Origin: Rhizophagus irregularis | Lineage: Eukaryota | Length of the DNA: 64,000 nucleotides | Direction of reading: 5' to 3' | Assembly (NCBI RefSeq): GCF_026210795.1 | Contig: NC_089429.1 | Span: 6,882,001-6,946,000, forward strand | In this document: one piece after another, positions 62,701 to 64,000 of the stretch | Layout: each line of letters opens with the position of its first letter | Position numbering within the stretch: position 1 is the first letter of the stretch | The notes under the pieces: generated by a model | The model's input: only the letters and a program-made list of their open reading frames with translations | Database searches by the model: none | Told to the model about the DNA's origin: nothing | Program-made: the position numbers and the translations under genes

Positions 62701-63607
62701 TTAATCTTTTTTTTTTAGACAAAACATATAAAAATTTTAAATTATGCATAATTGAATATGTCAAAAGGGTAACTGGCCAATTCATTAATCTTTTTGTGGC
62801 CTAGCACTTATTTAATCCATAATTAATTTATTTGTAGATTTCAGAAGTTGTAATTTATTTATTTTAACGAAACGTTTACTAACATTTCGTTAACTTTTTT
62901 TTTTTTTTAGACGGCCGTATTTCTTGGCAACAACGCATGGGAAGTTCACATTGGTAATTTTTTTTTAAAAAAAAAATTATTTTAACAAAGCATTTACTAA
63001 CATTTCATTATTTTTCTTTTTTTAAATGGTCGATTCTTCAGACCTCAAGATGAATATCGGTATTTTTTTCAAGGTAGATATCAGGCTTGTATTTAAATAA
63101 ATAAATATATATATATTTTTAACAAAACGATCATTGACATTTTTTATTTTTCTTTTAGGTATTGAAGGATCCAATTAGAAAATTTCGTTGTAAAACTTAA
63201 TGTTAACCGTTTACTTTTGGAATTAGATTAGTATATAGATTTAGTATAGGTTGATTAATATGTTTTATTAATTTATTAATGTAATAAAATTATGCTATAT
63301 TATTTAACAAATTTTATTTAACGCTACTGGTGATTATTGTCTATTTAACTATATTGATATTACTTGACATGATTTTTATCAATATATCATTCAGGTTAAA
63401 TTCAAATAATTTATCACTAGTACTTATCCATATTGATATTACTCAATATCGATGTATGTTATGCGACCTTTTCATTAACACATGTCCTCTAGAAAAATTT
63501 CCTGATGATATAAATTAGTAAACAACCAAGAAAAAATTTCTTACGATTATGATTATCAGATATTTTCACCAAATCACAGGTTTGAAATATCAATATATAT
63601 ACCGTAT

Positions 63608-63849
63608 AGGACTCAGAAGTATATATAAAAGGGTCAGGTTTGAGTTCGCGTATTTTGAACAAAAAAAAAATCATGAAAATCTTTCCTTTTTAGATAATTT
63701 TTGATAATTCCAGTCGGAATTTTATTTCCTATTATAATATCCGACTAGCATTATCATAATTCTGGCACTGAAAATATGCGTACAGCTCATACATGTAGTA
63801 AAAAAATTTTTTTCATCACCTGATCCATATATGTATATTTCTGGGTCTT
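63608..63849. mobile_element. AGGACCCAG-type MITE (copy 2)
   Basis: Homologous along its length to 13217-13446; imperfect 8-bp TSD TACCGTAT / TACCATAT. Confidence 0.88.
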
Positions 63850-64000
63850 TACCATATTCTAAAAATTGACCGGAATTATATGATCATACAAAAATTTCCA
63901 AATTATATTTCAGTTTAACTTAATTGTTGAGTTAATGATGACATGATGTGTAAAATTTGTTATTTTGGGCATAGAAGCAATCTTATAAGATGTGGAAGCC

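Overview
Very AT-rich, gene-poor, transposon-dense eukaryotic DNA. The gene families present (intronless F-box/RNI-like genes, BTB-BACK-TLDc relics, MATA-type HMG fragments, RNase H-bearing non-LTR retroelements) suggest an arbuscular mycorrhizal fungus such as Rhizophagus; this is an inference. One host gene looks intact (F-box/LRR, 49174-50673) and a paralog is frameshifted (19595-21105). The rest is mostly nested mobile DNA: five non-LTR insertions with visible TSDs and A-rich tails, a CCCTATA-ended family with 3-bp TSDs, TA-flanked MITEs, hAT relics, a 3.9-kb foldback element and hairpin-unit minisatellites. The top observation concerns two retroelements that share a structured 3'-UTR motif: a truncated RNase H LINE and a 1-kb non-coding partner. 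Each sits, with its own 18-bp TSD, exactly against the left end of the same minisatellite-bearing element (called X here). This suggests a retroelement family that targets the terminus of another mobile element. Coordinates were read by eye and no database searches were run.
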